Shown piece by piece: positions 24,629 through 32,000 of a DNA stretch of 32,000 bases. A program made the position numbers and the translations under genes. The stretch lies in assembly GCF_000283555.1 (NCBI RefSeq), contig NC_016012.1:600001-632000 (forward strand). Direction: 5' to 3'. This DNA is from Candidatus Arthromitus sp. SFB-rat-Yit. GTDB lineage: Bacteria; Bacillota; Clostridia; Clostridiales; Clostridiaceae. Under the pieces are notes generated by a model. That model did no database searches, had not been told where the DNA came from, and saw only the letters and a program-made list of their open reading frames with translations. Numbering within the stretch: the first letter of the stretch is position 1; each line of letters starts with the position of its first letter.

Positions 24629-26161
24629 ATGAAGAGTGATCAAGTGGTAGTTATTGATTTTGGAAGTCAATATAATCAATTAATTTGTCGACGTATTAGG
24701 GAACTTGGAGTTTATAGTGAGTTAAAATCTCATAAAATAATGGCACAAGATATTAAGAAATTGACAAATGTTAAAGGTATTATATTAAGCGGTAGTCCAA
24801 ATACTGTTACGGATAAAGATTCATTTGGTATGGATCCAGAAATACTTAATCTCGGAATACCTGTTATGGGGATTTGTTATGGGATGCAACTTATAACGTA
24901 TATGAATGGTGGAATTGTTGAAAAAGCATCTGAGAGAGAGTATGGAAAAACTGAAATTAAAACTAATAAAGATGGGATTTTTGAAAACCTCCCAGAAGAT
25001 CAAATTGTTTGGATGAGTCATGGGTATCATGTTAAAACTTTACCTTTAGGTTTTAAAGTTAGTGCTAGCAGTGAATCTTGTCCAATTGCTGGAGCATTCA
25101 ATGAAGATAAGAATATACATTTAGTTCAATTCCACCCAGAGGTTGAACATTCTGTGTATGGAACTGAAATTTTAAAGAATTTTATATTTAAGATCTGTAA
25201 GGCTGAAGCAAATTGGTCAATGAGTAATTTTGTTGAGGATCAAATTGTTAATATAAGAGAGCAGGTTGGAGATAAAAAAGTTTTGTGTGCTCTTAGTGGA
25301 GGGGTTGATTCTTCTGTTGTTGCAGCACTCATTTATAAAGCTATTGGTAATCAATTATTATGTATGTTTATTGATAATGGACTTCTTCGTGAAGGGGAGG
25401 CTCAGTCAGTTGTTGATACTTTTGATGGAAAATTCAAAATGAATTTTGTTAAAGTTGATGCTCAGGAGAGATTTTTAAATAAATTAAAGGGAGTTTCTGA
25501 CCCTGAACAAAAACGCAAGATCATAGGTAATGAATTTGTATTTTGTTTTGAAGAAGAAACATCGAAGTTAAACGATTTTGAATTTTTGGCTCAGGGGACT
25601 CTCTACACTGATGTTATAGAGTCAGGAACTAGTACAGCACAAACAATAAAATCCCATCATAATGTTGGCGGACTTCCAGAAAACATGAAATTTAAATTGA
25701 TTGAACCATTAAATACGCTTTTTAAAGATGAGGTTAGGGAACTTGGATTGGAACTTGGATTGCCTGAGAGCATTGTTTATCGCCAGCCATTCCCAGGACC
25801 AGGGCTCGGTATAAGGGTCATTGGAGAAGTTACAGAAGAAAAACTTAAAATATTAAAACAAGCAGATAAAATTTTAAGAGATGAAATTGAAAAGGCAGGT
25901 CTTAATAGAGAGATATGGCAATATTTTGCTTGTCTGACAAATATGAAGTCCGTTGGTGTTATGGGCGATGAAAGAACTTATAGTTATACAGTTGCTTTGA
26001 GAGCTGTTATATCAAGTGATGGAATGACTTCGGATTGGGCGAGAATTCCGTATGAAGTTCTTGATGTTATTTCAAGACGTATAGTTAATGAGGTTAATGA
26101 TGTGAATAGGATTGTTTATGATATTACTTCAAAACCACCATCAACAATAGAATTTGAATAA
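24629..26161 (+). CDS. guaA: GMP synthase (glutamine-hydrolysing)
   Basis: GATase domain ([24 protein letters not shown]), PP-loop SGGVDSSV, C-terminal dimerisation domain ending PPSTIEFE. Start re-set from 24545 to ATG 24629 (SD AGGAG 24616-24620). Confidence 0.95.
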   Translation: MKSDQVVVIDFGSQYNQLICRRIRELGVYSELKSHKIMAQDIKKLTNVKGIILSGSPNTVTDKDSFGMDPEILNLGIPVMGICYGMQLITYMNGGIVEKASEREYGKTEIKTNKDGIFENLPEDQIVWMSHGYHVKTLPLGFKVSASSESCPIAGAFNEDKNIHLVQFHPEVEHSVYGTEILKNFIFKICKAEANWSMSNFVEDQIVNIREQVGDKKVLCALSGGVDSSVVAALIYKAIGNQLLCMFIDNGLLREGEAQSVVDTFDGKFKMNFVKVDAQERFLNKLKGVSDPEQKRKIIGNEFVFCFEEETSKLNDFEFLAQGTLYTDVIESGTSTAQTIKSHHNVGGLPENMKFKLIEPLNTLFKDEVRELGLELGLPESIVYRQPFPGPGLGIRVIGEVTEEKLKILKQADKILRDEIEKAGLNREIWQYFACLTNMKSVGVMGDERTYSYTVALRAVISSDGMTSDWARIPYEVLDVISRRIVNEVNDVNRIVYDITSKPPSTIEFE

Positions 26162-26167
26162 AAAATT

Positions 26168-26200
26168 TGCCGAGTAATGTTATGTTACTCGGCATTATTA
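26168..26200. terminator. hairpin terminator between convergent guaA and the lipoprotein gene
   Basis: GCCGAGTAA / TTACTCGGC stem with a 7-nt loop. The flanks are A/T-rich on both sides. Confidence 0.6.
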
Positions 26201-26201
26201 T

Positions 26202-26732
26202 TTATTTAACATCGTTTATTATTTCTACTAATGGTTCTATATCTAGAGGATTATTTGTTGTAATGGAAAATGTATGATTTCCACTTGTCCAAGTTGCTAC
26301 ACTAACTTTTCCATTATTTCCTTTTGTTGTTATTTCCAAATTGTTTAAAGAAAGTTTGTTAATTTCTTTATAATTATTGTAATCGCCACTTATGTCTTCA
26401 GTCCCAAATGCTTTTCGAATAGATAGGGTATTATCATTTGCGTTAGAGTTTTTGTTGTAATAAATTGTTTGAATTGTTTTTGTACTAATAACTGAATATT
26501 TTTTGTCTTCATATCCATCGATTGTGTCAGGTACAGAAAATTCAAAATTGCATGCTTTTACAGCTTCTTCAAGAGTTTCATATTCTACTATTGGATTAGG
26601 TAATTGAACATTTTCATTATTTGATATAACGGTGTTGTTATTTGATATGTCTTTATTTTTATTTGAACTGCCACAAGATGCTATAGTAATTGAAATTAAT
26701 GCACATATGATAGGTAAAGCTAATTTTTTCAT
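26202..26732 (-). CDS. putative lipoprotein, function unknown
   Basis: Signal peptide plus lipobox (ISITIASCGSS), an Asn/Ser-rich linker, then a beta-rich domain. No catalytic motif is recognised. Confidence 0.6.
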   Translation of the reverse strand: MKKLALPIICALISITIASCGSSNKNKDISNNNTVISNNENVQLPNPIVEYETLEEAVKACNFEFSVPDTIDGYEDKKYSVISTKTIQTIYYNKNSNANDNTLSIRKAFGTEDISGDYNNYKEINKLSLNNLEITTKGNNGKVSVATWTSGNHTFSITTNNPLDIEPLVEIINDVK

Positions 26733-26923
26733 ATTTGTTTTACTTCCTTGTGTTAAAAAAATATAAACTGTTTACTGGGATGTATTATATATAAAATTTT
26801 TTAAAAAGTCTATTGTAAATCTTTCTTAATTTTCCAATAAATAATCTAAAGTCTCGCACATAAGGAAATAAAAATTGGAACAACTTAATTATAAGGAAAT
26901 GAATTTTTAGAGGTATTAAGATT

Positions 26924-28111
26924 ATGATAATAAATAACAATATTAATGCGATGAATGCACATAGAAATATGGCTAATATAACAGTCACTCAAGGAAAGTC
27001 AATGGAAAAATTGAGTTCGGGATTAAGGATAAATAAAGCATCAGATGATTCAGCAGGTCTTGCAATTTCTGAAAATATGAGATCACAAATAAGAGGACTT
27101 AATCAGTCGTATAGAAATGCACAAGATGGAATTTCGATGATTCAGATAGCTGAAGGAGCATTATCTGAAACTCATTCAATTGGGCAGAGAATGAGGGAGC
27201 TTGCAGTTCAATCAGCAAACGGAAGTTACACAGATGAGGATAGAAAATTGATAAATGAAGAGTTTAAAAATTTAAAATCTGAGATTGATAGAATTTCAGA
27301 GGATACAGAATTTAATGGTAATAAGATTATTAATGGAAATATTTCGGGAAAAGAAATTAAGACTTGTGATAATAGTAAAGTTCAGATTACTGGAGATGTT
27401 ACAGATCCCAACAAAATTAGTCAAGTAATGAAAGAAGTAGATCCAGATGAGCTATCAAAACTTGGAGAGGGAACATTTGACTTAATACTTACTAAAAATA
27501 AATTTGATGTAACAATTAGTATAGTGGATAGATCACATTTCAATGGCGGTAAGCCATATGTTATGGATAGTGTATTTATAGAGAATCCTACAAATATTGA
27601 AGTTGTAAAATTAGCTGGTATTAATTTGAAGTTTAATAATATACAGGCTACTTCTCCACACCTTACTAGTGGAAAGGAAATGAAAATTTCTTTTTCAAAC
27701 GATGCTAAAAAAATATCTAATGGGGTTGATTTCCAAATAGGTGCAAATGAAGGTCAAATGGTTGGACTTAATATTGAAAATATGAGAAGCCGTGAACTTG
27801 GACTTGGTGGGATTGATGTATCAACAATAGAAAACTCAAAAGAGGCGATTGAAAGGTTAGATATAGCAATTTTTAGAGTATCTGATCAAAGGGCTAATCT
27901 AGGGGCTATGCAAAATAGACTTGAACATACTTTGTCATCAGTTGGGAACACTGCAGAGAATTTACAAGCAGCGGAATCAAGAATAAGGGATGTTGATATG
28001 GCAAAAGAGATGATGAATTTAACAAAATTAAATATTCTTCAACAAGCATCTCAATCGATGCTTGCACAAGCAAATCAGTTGCCTCAACAAGTTATGTCGA
28101 TTTTAAAATAA
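26924..28111 (+). CDS. fliC: flagellin
   Basis: N-terminal D0/D1 (MIINNNINAMNAHRNM, LSSGLRINKASDDSAGLAISE, RMRELAVQSANG) and C-terminal D1/D0 (LGAMQNRLEHT, ESRIRDVDMAKEMMNLTKLNILQQASQSMLAQANQLPQQVMSIL). The central region of about 150 aa is unrecognisable. Confidence 0.92.
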   Translation: MIINNNINAMNAHRNMANITVTQGKSMEKLSSGLRINKASDDSAGLAISENMRSQIRGLNQSYRNAQDGISMIQIAEGALSETHSIGQRMRELAVQSANGSYTDEDRKLINEEFKNLKSEIDRISEDTEFNGNKIINGNISGKEIKTCDNSKVQITGDVTDPNKISQVMKEVDPDELSKLGEGTFDLILTKNKFDVTISIVDRSHFNGGKPYVMDSVFIENPTNIEVVKLAGINLKFNNIQATSPHLTSGKEMKISFSNDAKKISNGVDFQIGANEGQMVGLNIENMRSRELGLGGIDVSTIENSKEAIERLDIAIFRVSDQRANLGAMQNRLEHTLSSVGNTAENLQAAESRIRDVDMAKEMMNLTKLNILQQASQSMLAQANQLPQQVMSILK

Positions 28112-28373
28112 TAAAACTATCTCCTTTTTAGATTCTTAAATATTTAATCAGAATGTCATTAGGATAACATAACATAATTCTACATTTTTTTGTAAATTTA
28201 ATATAGACAATAAAAACAATTTTATATTAAAATGTACATATAACGATTTAATTTTGGCATTTTGATTGAAAAACATAATGATTCTTTACGTTTTTTTAAT
28301 GTAGTTTTTAATAAATAGTTTTTACAGCTATTTATTTTAAAATATAAACCATTATATAAAAAGGAGATAAATT

Positions 28374-29447
28374 ATGAGAAAGCATGTTACACGTATACTA
28401 ACTTCTGGTTTTTTGGCATTATCACTTTTAACTGGTTGCGTGGGGTCACCTTCAACTAATGAATCAAATACTTCATCAAGTTCATCCAATACAACAACAA
28501 GTGTTAAAAAAATTGACAAATTAAATATTGCATTTGTTCCTTCAAAAGATCCAGAACAAATTATTACAGCAACAGAACCATTAAAAGAAATGCTTAAAGA
28601 TGAATTAAGCAAGCAAGGTTATTCAATTGGAGAAGTTAATATTTCAGTCGGGACAAACTATGAGGCTGTAGGAGAGGCTTTGGTGTCTGGTACTGTTGAT
28701 GTTGGATTTATTCCAGGTGGTACATATGTGTTGTATGATGATGGTGCAGAGGTACTGTTAACAGCTACAAGAGATGCGCTTAATCACAGCTCTGAAAACC
28801 CAATTGATTGGAATCAATCACCTACAGAATACATACCACAACAAGCTACTTCATATAGATCGCTTCTTATTGCTGGACCTTCTGCTAAAGGTAAAGAGCT
28901 TAGTGAGAAGATAAATAATGGACAAGATTTAACATGGGAAGATTTAAATAGTGCAAAGTGGGCTGTAATGAGTCCAACATCGTCTGCAGGATATATTTAT
29001 CCAACATTATTTTTAAATGATAAATATGGAAAAACTGTAGCAGATTTAACTAATAAAGTTCAATCTGATTCTTATGGAAGTTCTGTTGCGAGATTGGCTG
29101 CTGAGCAAGTTGATGTTATAACAGTTTTTGCTGATGCAAGAATTGATTATGCTGAAAAATGGACAAATGAATATGGGCGTACAAGTCAAATTTGGGATGA
29201 AACAAATGTTATAGGTGTAGCTGCTCCGATTTATAATGATACGATAAGTGTAAGTAAAAATTCTCCTATTATGACACCTGAATTCAATAATGCATTTGCT
29301 ACAGCAATGATAAATATAGCAAATACTGATGAAGGTAAAAAGGTTATTTCATTTTATAGTCATAAAGGATATGAACGTGCTCAATCTGCCGATTATGATA
29401 ATGAAAGAAGGGTTCAGAAGCTTATTCGTGAACTAAAATCTCAGTAA
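28374..29447 (+). CDS. phnD: phosphonate/phosphite ABC transporter substrate-binding lipoprotein (PhnD family)
   Basis: Lipobox LLTGC with a Ser/Thr-rich tether. PhnD-type fold signatures are present (LNIAFVPSKDPE, VDVGFIPGGTYV, YRSLLIAG, SSAGYIYP). It is followed by phnC and two phnE genes. Confidence 0.8.
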   Translation: MRKHVTRILTSGFLALSLLTGCVGSPSTNESNTSSSSSNTTTSVKKIDKLNIAFVPSKDPEQIITATEPLKEMLKDELSKQGYSIGEVNISVGTNYEAVGEALVSGTVDVGFIPGGTYVLYDDGAEVLLTATRDALNHSSENPIDWNQSPTEYIPQQATSYRSLLIAGPSAKGKELSEKINNGQDLTWEDLNSAKWAVMSPTSSAGYIYPTLFLNDKYGKTVADLTNKVQSDSYGSSVARLAAEQVDVITVFADARIDYAEKWTNEYGRTSQIWDETNVIGVAAPIYNDTISVSKNSPIMTPEFNNAFATAMINIANTDEGKKVISFYSHKGYERAQSADYDNERRVQKLIRELKSQ

Positions 29448-29460
29448 TTTTTAAATTTAT

Positions 29461-29486
29461 GGCGGGGACGAGTCCTCGCCTTTTTT
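29461..29486 (+). terminator. GC-rich hairpin + T-run between phnD and phnC (intra-operon attenuator/terminator)
   Basis: GGCGGGGAC-GA-GTCCTCGCC followed by TTTTTT. Confidence 0.65.
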
Positions 29487-29516
29487 ATGAATAAAAAATG
29501 AGAGGATTAATTTATA

Positions 29517-30269
29517 ATGATAGAATTTAATAACGTTTCCAAAGTATATCCTAATGGTACTAAAGGACTTGATAATGTTAATCTTAAGATAGATAAAGGA
29601 GAATTTGTAGCAATCATCGGGTTATCTGGTGCAGGTAAATCAACTTTAATAAGAACAATAAACAGAATGATTGATATTACAGATGGAAATTTAATTGTGA
29701 ATGGTAAGGATGTAAAATCATTAAAAGGAAAACAGCTTAGAGAATTTAGGCGAAAGATTGGTATGATTTTTCAATCATTTAATTTGGTAACTCGTACGAC
29801 TGTTATAAAAAATGTTTTAACAGCAAAGGTACCCGAAATTTCATTTATAAGATCAGTATTTGGAATTTTTACAAAAGAGGAAAAGATTCAAGCTTTGGAA
29901 GCTTTGGATAAGATGGGAATTGTTGATAAGGCATTTATAAGAGCAGATCAACTTTCAGGAGGACAGCAACAGAGAGTTGCATTATCGAGAACCCTTGCAC
30001 AAAATCCTGAGATAATTTTAGCTGATGAACCTGTTGCAGCTTTGGATCCGATTACAGCTAGAAAAGTTATGGAAGATTTTAAGAAGATAAATAAAGAGAT
30101 GGATATTTCAATTTTGATTAATATCCACCATGTTGAACTTGCACTTAATTATGCAGATAGAATTGTGGGAATTAGAGATGGGAAAATAGTTTATGATGGA
30201 CCTTCATCTGATGTGACAGAAGAAATATTAGAGAATATTTACAAAGGCAAGGTGGAGGTGGTTGCGTGA
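29517..30269 (+). CDS. phnC: phosphonate ABC transporter ATP-binding protein
   Basis: Walker A GLSGAGKST, signature LSGGQQQR, Walker B ILADEP, H-loop IHH. PhnC-like length. Confidence 0.85.
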   Translation: MIEFNNVSKVYPNGTKGLDNVNLKIDKGEFVAIIGLSGAGKSTLIRTINRMIDITDGNLIVNGKDVKSLKGKQLREFRRKIGMIFQSFNLVTRTTVIKNVLTAKVPEISFIRSVFGIFTKEEKIQALEALDKMGIVDKAFIRADQLSGGQQQRVALSRTLAQNPEIILADEPVAALDPITARKVMEDFKKINKEMDISILINIHHVELALNYADRIVGIRDGKIVYDGPSSDVTEEILENIYKGKVEVVA

Positions 30270-31087
30270 ATATCTACGATAAGATATTTAGACCAAGGGT
30301 TATAGAACTTGGAAATGGCAAACAAGTTGTAGAAAAAAGATCTATGGTACCACTTTTAATTTTAATTTTTATTATTGCAGTTATAGTATCTATGGGAATT
30401 ACTGGATTTAATTTCAATACATTAATTAGGCGTGGTGGAAATTTCTTTGATATTATAAAACAAATGTTCCCGCCAAATTTTGAGTACATAAATAAAATAT
30501 GGAAACCACTTTTTGATACGATAAAAATGTCTTTTTTGGGATCTATTATAGGTGCTTTGGCTGTCGTACCCTTTTCTGTAGTGGCGTCAAGCAACATAAT
30601 AAAAAATAAATTCATTGTATCTATAATGAGATTTTTACTGAGCATAATAAGAACGCTTCCAACATTAGTTATAGCACTTATTGCAACATATATTTTTGGT
30701 CTTGGGACTTTTGCGGGTACTGTTGCTATTGCTATATTTACTTTTGGATATGTTGGAAAGAAACTTTATGAGCAAATAGAAACTGTTGATATGGGAGCTT
30801 ATGAGGCAATTCAGGCATTAGGAGCAAGTAAGGTACGAGCATTTTCAAGTGCTATTGTCCCGCAGGTTTTGCCTACGTATATTGCTACAAGTTTATTTTG
30901 TTTTGAAGGTAATGTTAGGCATGCGGCTATATTAGGTTATGTCGGTGCTGGAGGAATTGGTTTAATTTTAAATGAGAACTTGGGCTGGAGAGAGTATTCA
31001 AGTGTTGGAATGATACTTATATCTTTATTTGTAGCTGTAGTTTTAATTGAATTGCTAAGTCATTATCTTAGGAAGAAATTAACTTAG
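30266..31087 (+). CDS. phnE: phosphonate ABC transporter permease
   Basis: GTG start overlaps the phnC stop (GTGA). Polytopic membrane protein with a PhnE-type EAA loop (YEAIQALGASKVRAFSSAIVPQVLP) and the C-terminal GYVGAGGIG motif. Confidence 0.8.
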   Translation: MNIYDKIFRPRVIELGNGKQVVEKRSMVPLLILIFIIAVIVSMGITGFNFNTLIRRGGNFFDIIKQMFPPNFEYINKIWKPLFDTIKMSFLGSIIGALAVVPFSVVASSNIIKNKFIVSIMRFLLSIIRTLPTLVIALIATYIFGLGTFAGTVAIAIFTFGYVGKKLYEQIETVDMGAYEAIQALGASKVRAFSSAIVPQVLPTYIATSLFCFEGNVRHAAILGYVGAGGIGLILNENLGWREYSSVGMILISLFVAVVLIELLSHYLRKKLT

Positions 31088-31101
31088 GAGGAGTAATATC
31101 T

Positions 31102-31908
31102 ATGAGTGAAATAGTTTTAAGACAGTACGAGAAAGAACCACGTAAATTTTTATGGAAAATAATTACGGCTTTGGTTTGTGTCTTTTTTATTGTCTTGTCA
31201 AGCAGTACTATAAATTTAGATGGTATATCAAAAAATGGTATTCAAATAGCTAAGAATATTTTTCTTGGGATATTTAATCCGGATACCGAATTACTATTTA
31301 ATTTTGTTGATGGAGTACCTTACCTTTTGCTTGAAACAATGTGTATTGCCTTTCTTGGTACACTTGTTGGTGCAATTCTTGCTATACCAATTTCATTTAT
31401 GTCAGCAACAAATATTGTTCCTAAGCCAATAAGTGTTATCGGAAGATTTATAATAATGTCAATTCGTACAGTTCCATCAATTGTTTATGCTTTGATGTTC
31501 ATAAGAGTGACGGGTCCTGGAGCTTTTGCTGGACTTCTTACGATGTCGCTGTCATCTATTGGAATGATATCTAAAATGTATATTGAATCTATAGAAGATT
31601 TGGATACGAAGATTTTGGAATCTTTAGATGCTTGTGGATGTAATTTCTTTCAAAAAATACGTTATGGAATACTTCCTCAGCTTTTTCCAGATTTCATTTC
31701 AACAGTTATATATCGATTCGATATGAATTTGAGAGATGCAAGTATACTTGGGATAGTAGGAGCGGGAGGAATAGGGGCTCCATTAATATTCTCTATGAAT
31801 GCTTATAGATGGAGTCAGGTTGGATCAATTATAATAGGACTTATAGTTCTTGTGCTTATTATAGAATTTATTTCGACTAGAATAAGAGTAAAGCTAGCTA
31901 GGGGGTAG
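31102..31908 (+). CDS. phnE: phosphonate ABC transporter permease (second copy)
   Basis: Paralogous to the previous gene (LESLDACGCNFFQKIRYGILPQLFP, GIVGAGGIG). Confidence 0.8.
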   Translation: MSEIVLRQYEKEPRKFLWKIITALVCVFFIVLSSSTINLDGISKNGIQIAKNIFLGIFNPDTELLFNFVDGVPYLLLETMCIAFLGTLVGAILAIPISFMSATNIVPKPISVIGRFIIMSIRTVPSIVYALMFIRVTGPGAFAGLLTMSLSSIGMISKMYIESIEDLDTKILESLDACGCNFFQKIRYGILPQLFPDFISTVIYRFDMNLRDASILGIVGAGGIGAPLIFSMNAYRWSQVGSIIIGLIVLVLIIEFISTRIRVKLARG

Positions 31909-31911
31909 ACA

Positions 31912-32000
31912 ATGAATAAAAATTTGAGAATAATTTTTACATCTGATATTCATGGTTATTTTTTTAATACTGATTATATGGATAGAGAAATTAAACCTCA
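31912..32000 (+). CDS. metallophosphatase / 5'-nucleotidase-like protein, N-terminal fragment (continues beyond the window)
   Basis: ATG 31912 after SD AGGGGG. It translates to MNKNLRIIFTSDIHGYFFNTDYMDREIKP, where the SDIHG motif is metallophosphoesterase motif I (DxHG). This ORF is absent from the supplied track because it is truncated. Confidence 0.55.
   Translation, partial: MNKNLRIIFTSDIHGYFFNTDYMDREIKP

Noticed and set aside
25739-25762. Exact 12-bp tandem repeat GAACTTGGATTG x2 inside guaA, which could look like a slippage insertion
   Set aside because: It encodes ELGLELGL within [15 protein letters not shown]. This aligns without a gap to the conserved GuaA segment (for example E. 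coli VRKIGLELGLPYDML), so it is native sequence and not an insertion or variable repeat.
26816-26873. Sigma-D (sigma-28) promoter candidates for the flagellin gene
   Set aside because: The best matches (TAAA-N14-CCAATAA; TAAA-N15-AAATAAAA) deviate from TAAA-N15-GCCGATAA in spacing or in the critical CCGATA core. They are too weak to annotate as a feature and are mentioned only within a finding.
26785-26988. 67-aa minus-strand ORF (hydrophobic, Ile/Leu/Phe-rich) overlapping the flagellin promoter, leader and start
   Set aside because: It has no SD. Its composition is what an AT-rich intergenic leader yields when translated. It overlaps the well-supported flagellin start and its regulatory region, so it is most likely spurious.
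30274-30645. 123-aa antisense ORF inside phnE
   Set aside because: It is a shadow ORF opposite a clear ABC permease gene, with no independent signals.
1-32000. Scan for CRISPR arrays, tRNA/rRNA genes, IS elements, integrases, phage or toxin-antitoxin modules, and defence or biosynthetic clusters
   Set aside because: I saw no periodic repeat-spacer structure and no cloverleaf-compatible GC-rich 70-90-nt islands. No transposase or recombinase motifs appear in any ORF, and no terminal inverted repeats flank a gene block. Every ORF above about 100 aa on the coding strand is accounted for by a housekeeping, transport or surface function.

Overview
Strongly AT-rich, Clostridia-type (Firmicutes) chromosomal core region with about 35 protein genes, nearly all recognisable housekeeping functions. 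The first half follows the conserved Bacillus 'ylo/ylb' gene order: Ca2+ P-type ATPase (partial), rpmB, asp23-like, recG, rsmD, coaD, ylbJ, tmcAL/ylbM, pta-ackA, yceD-rpmF, plsX-acpP-rnc. Next come spoVS, an Nfo-like TIM-barrel gene, an mnmM/ytqB-like methyltransferase, an HI0933-type flavoprotein, one ORF fusing Cmk+IspH+four S1 domains, and an HBD-RNase H1. A purine block follows: guaB, then a guanine riboswitch driving an NCS2 permease and guaA. The window ends with a lipoprotein, a solitary flagellin gene, a phnD-C-E-E ABC transporter operon and the start of a metallophosphatase/5'-nucleotidase. I found no rRNA, tRNA, CRISPR array, transposase/integrase, prophage or recognisable defence or biosynthetic cluster. 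I could not find a convincing novel multi-gene system, and I say so plainly. The observations most worth a second look are these. (1) A promoter-to-terminator orphan transcription unit (7518-7716) with no ORF, predicted to fold so that a CCUCC loop is exposed; this is a candidate sRNA. (2) The uninterrupted Cmk-IspH-S1 tri-domain ORF. (3) An IMP dehydrogenase that precisely lacks the CBS/Bateman module. (4) A flagellin isolated from any flagellar genes, with a duplicated ATAAGGAAAT motif in its leader. Several ORF-track starts are N-terminally over-extended. I re-set them using Shine-Dalgarno spacing and homolog N-termini.
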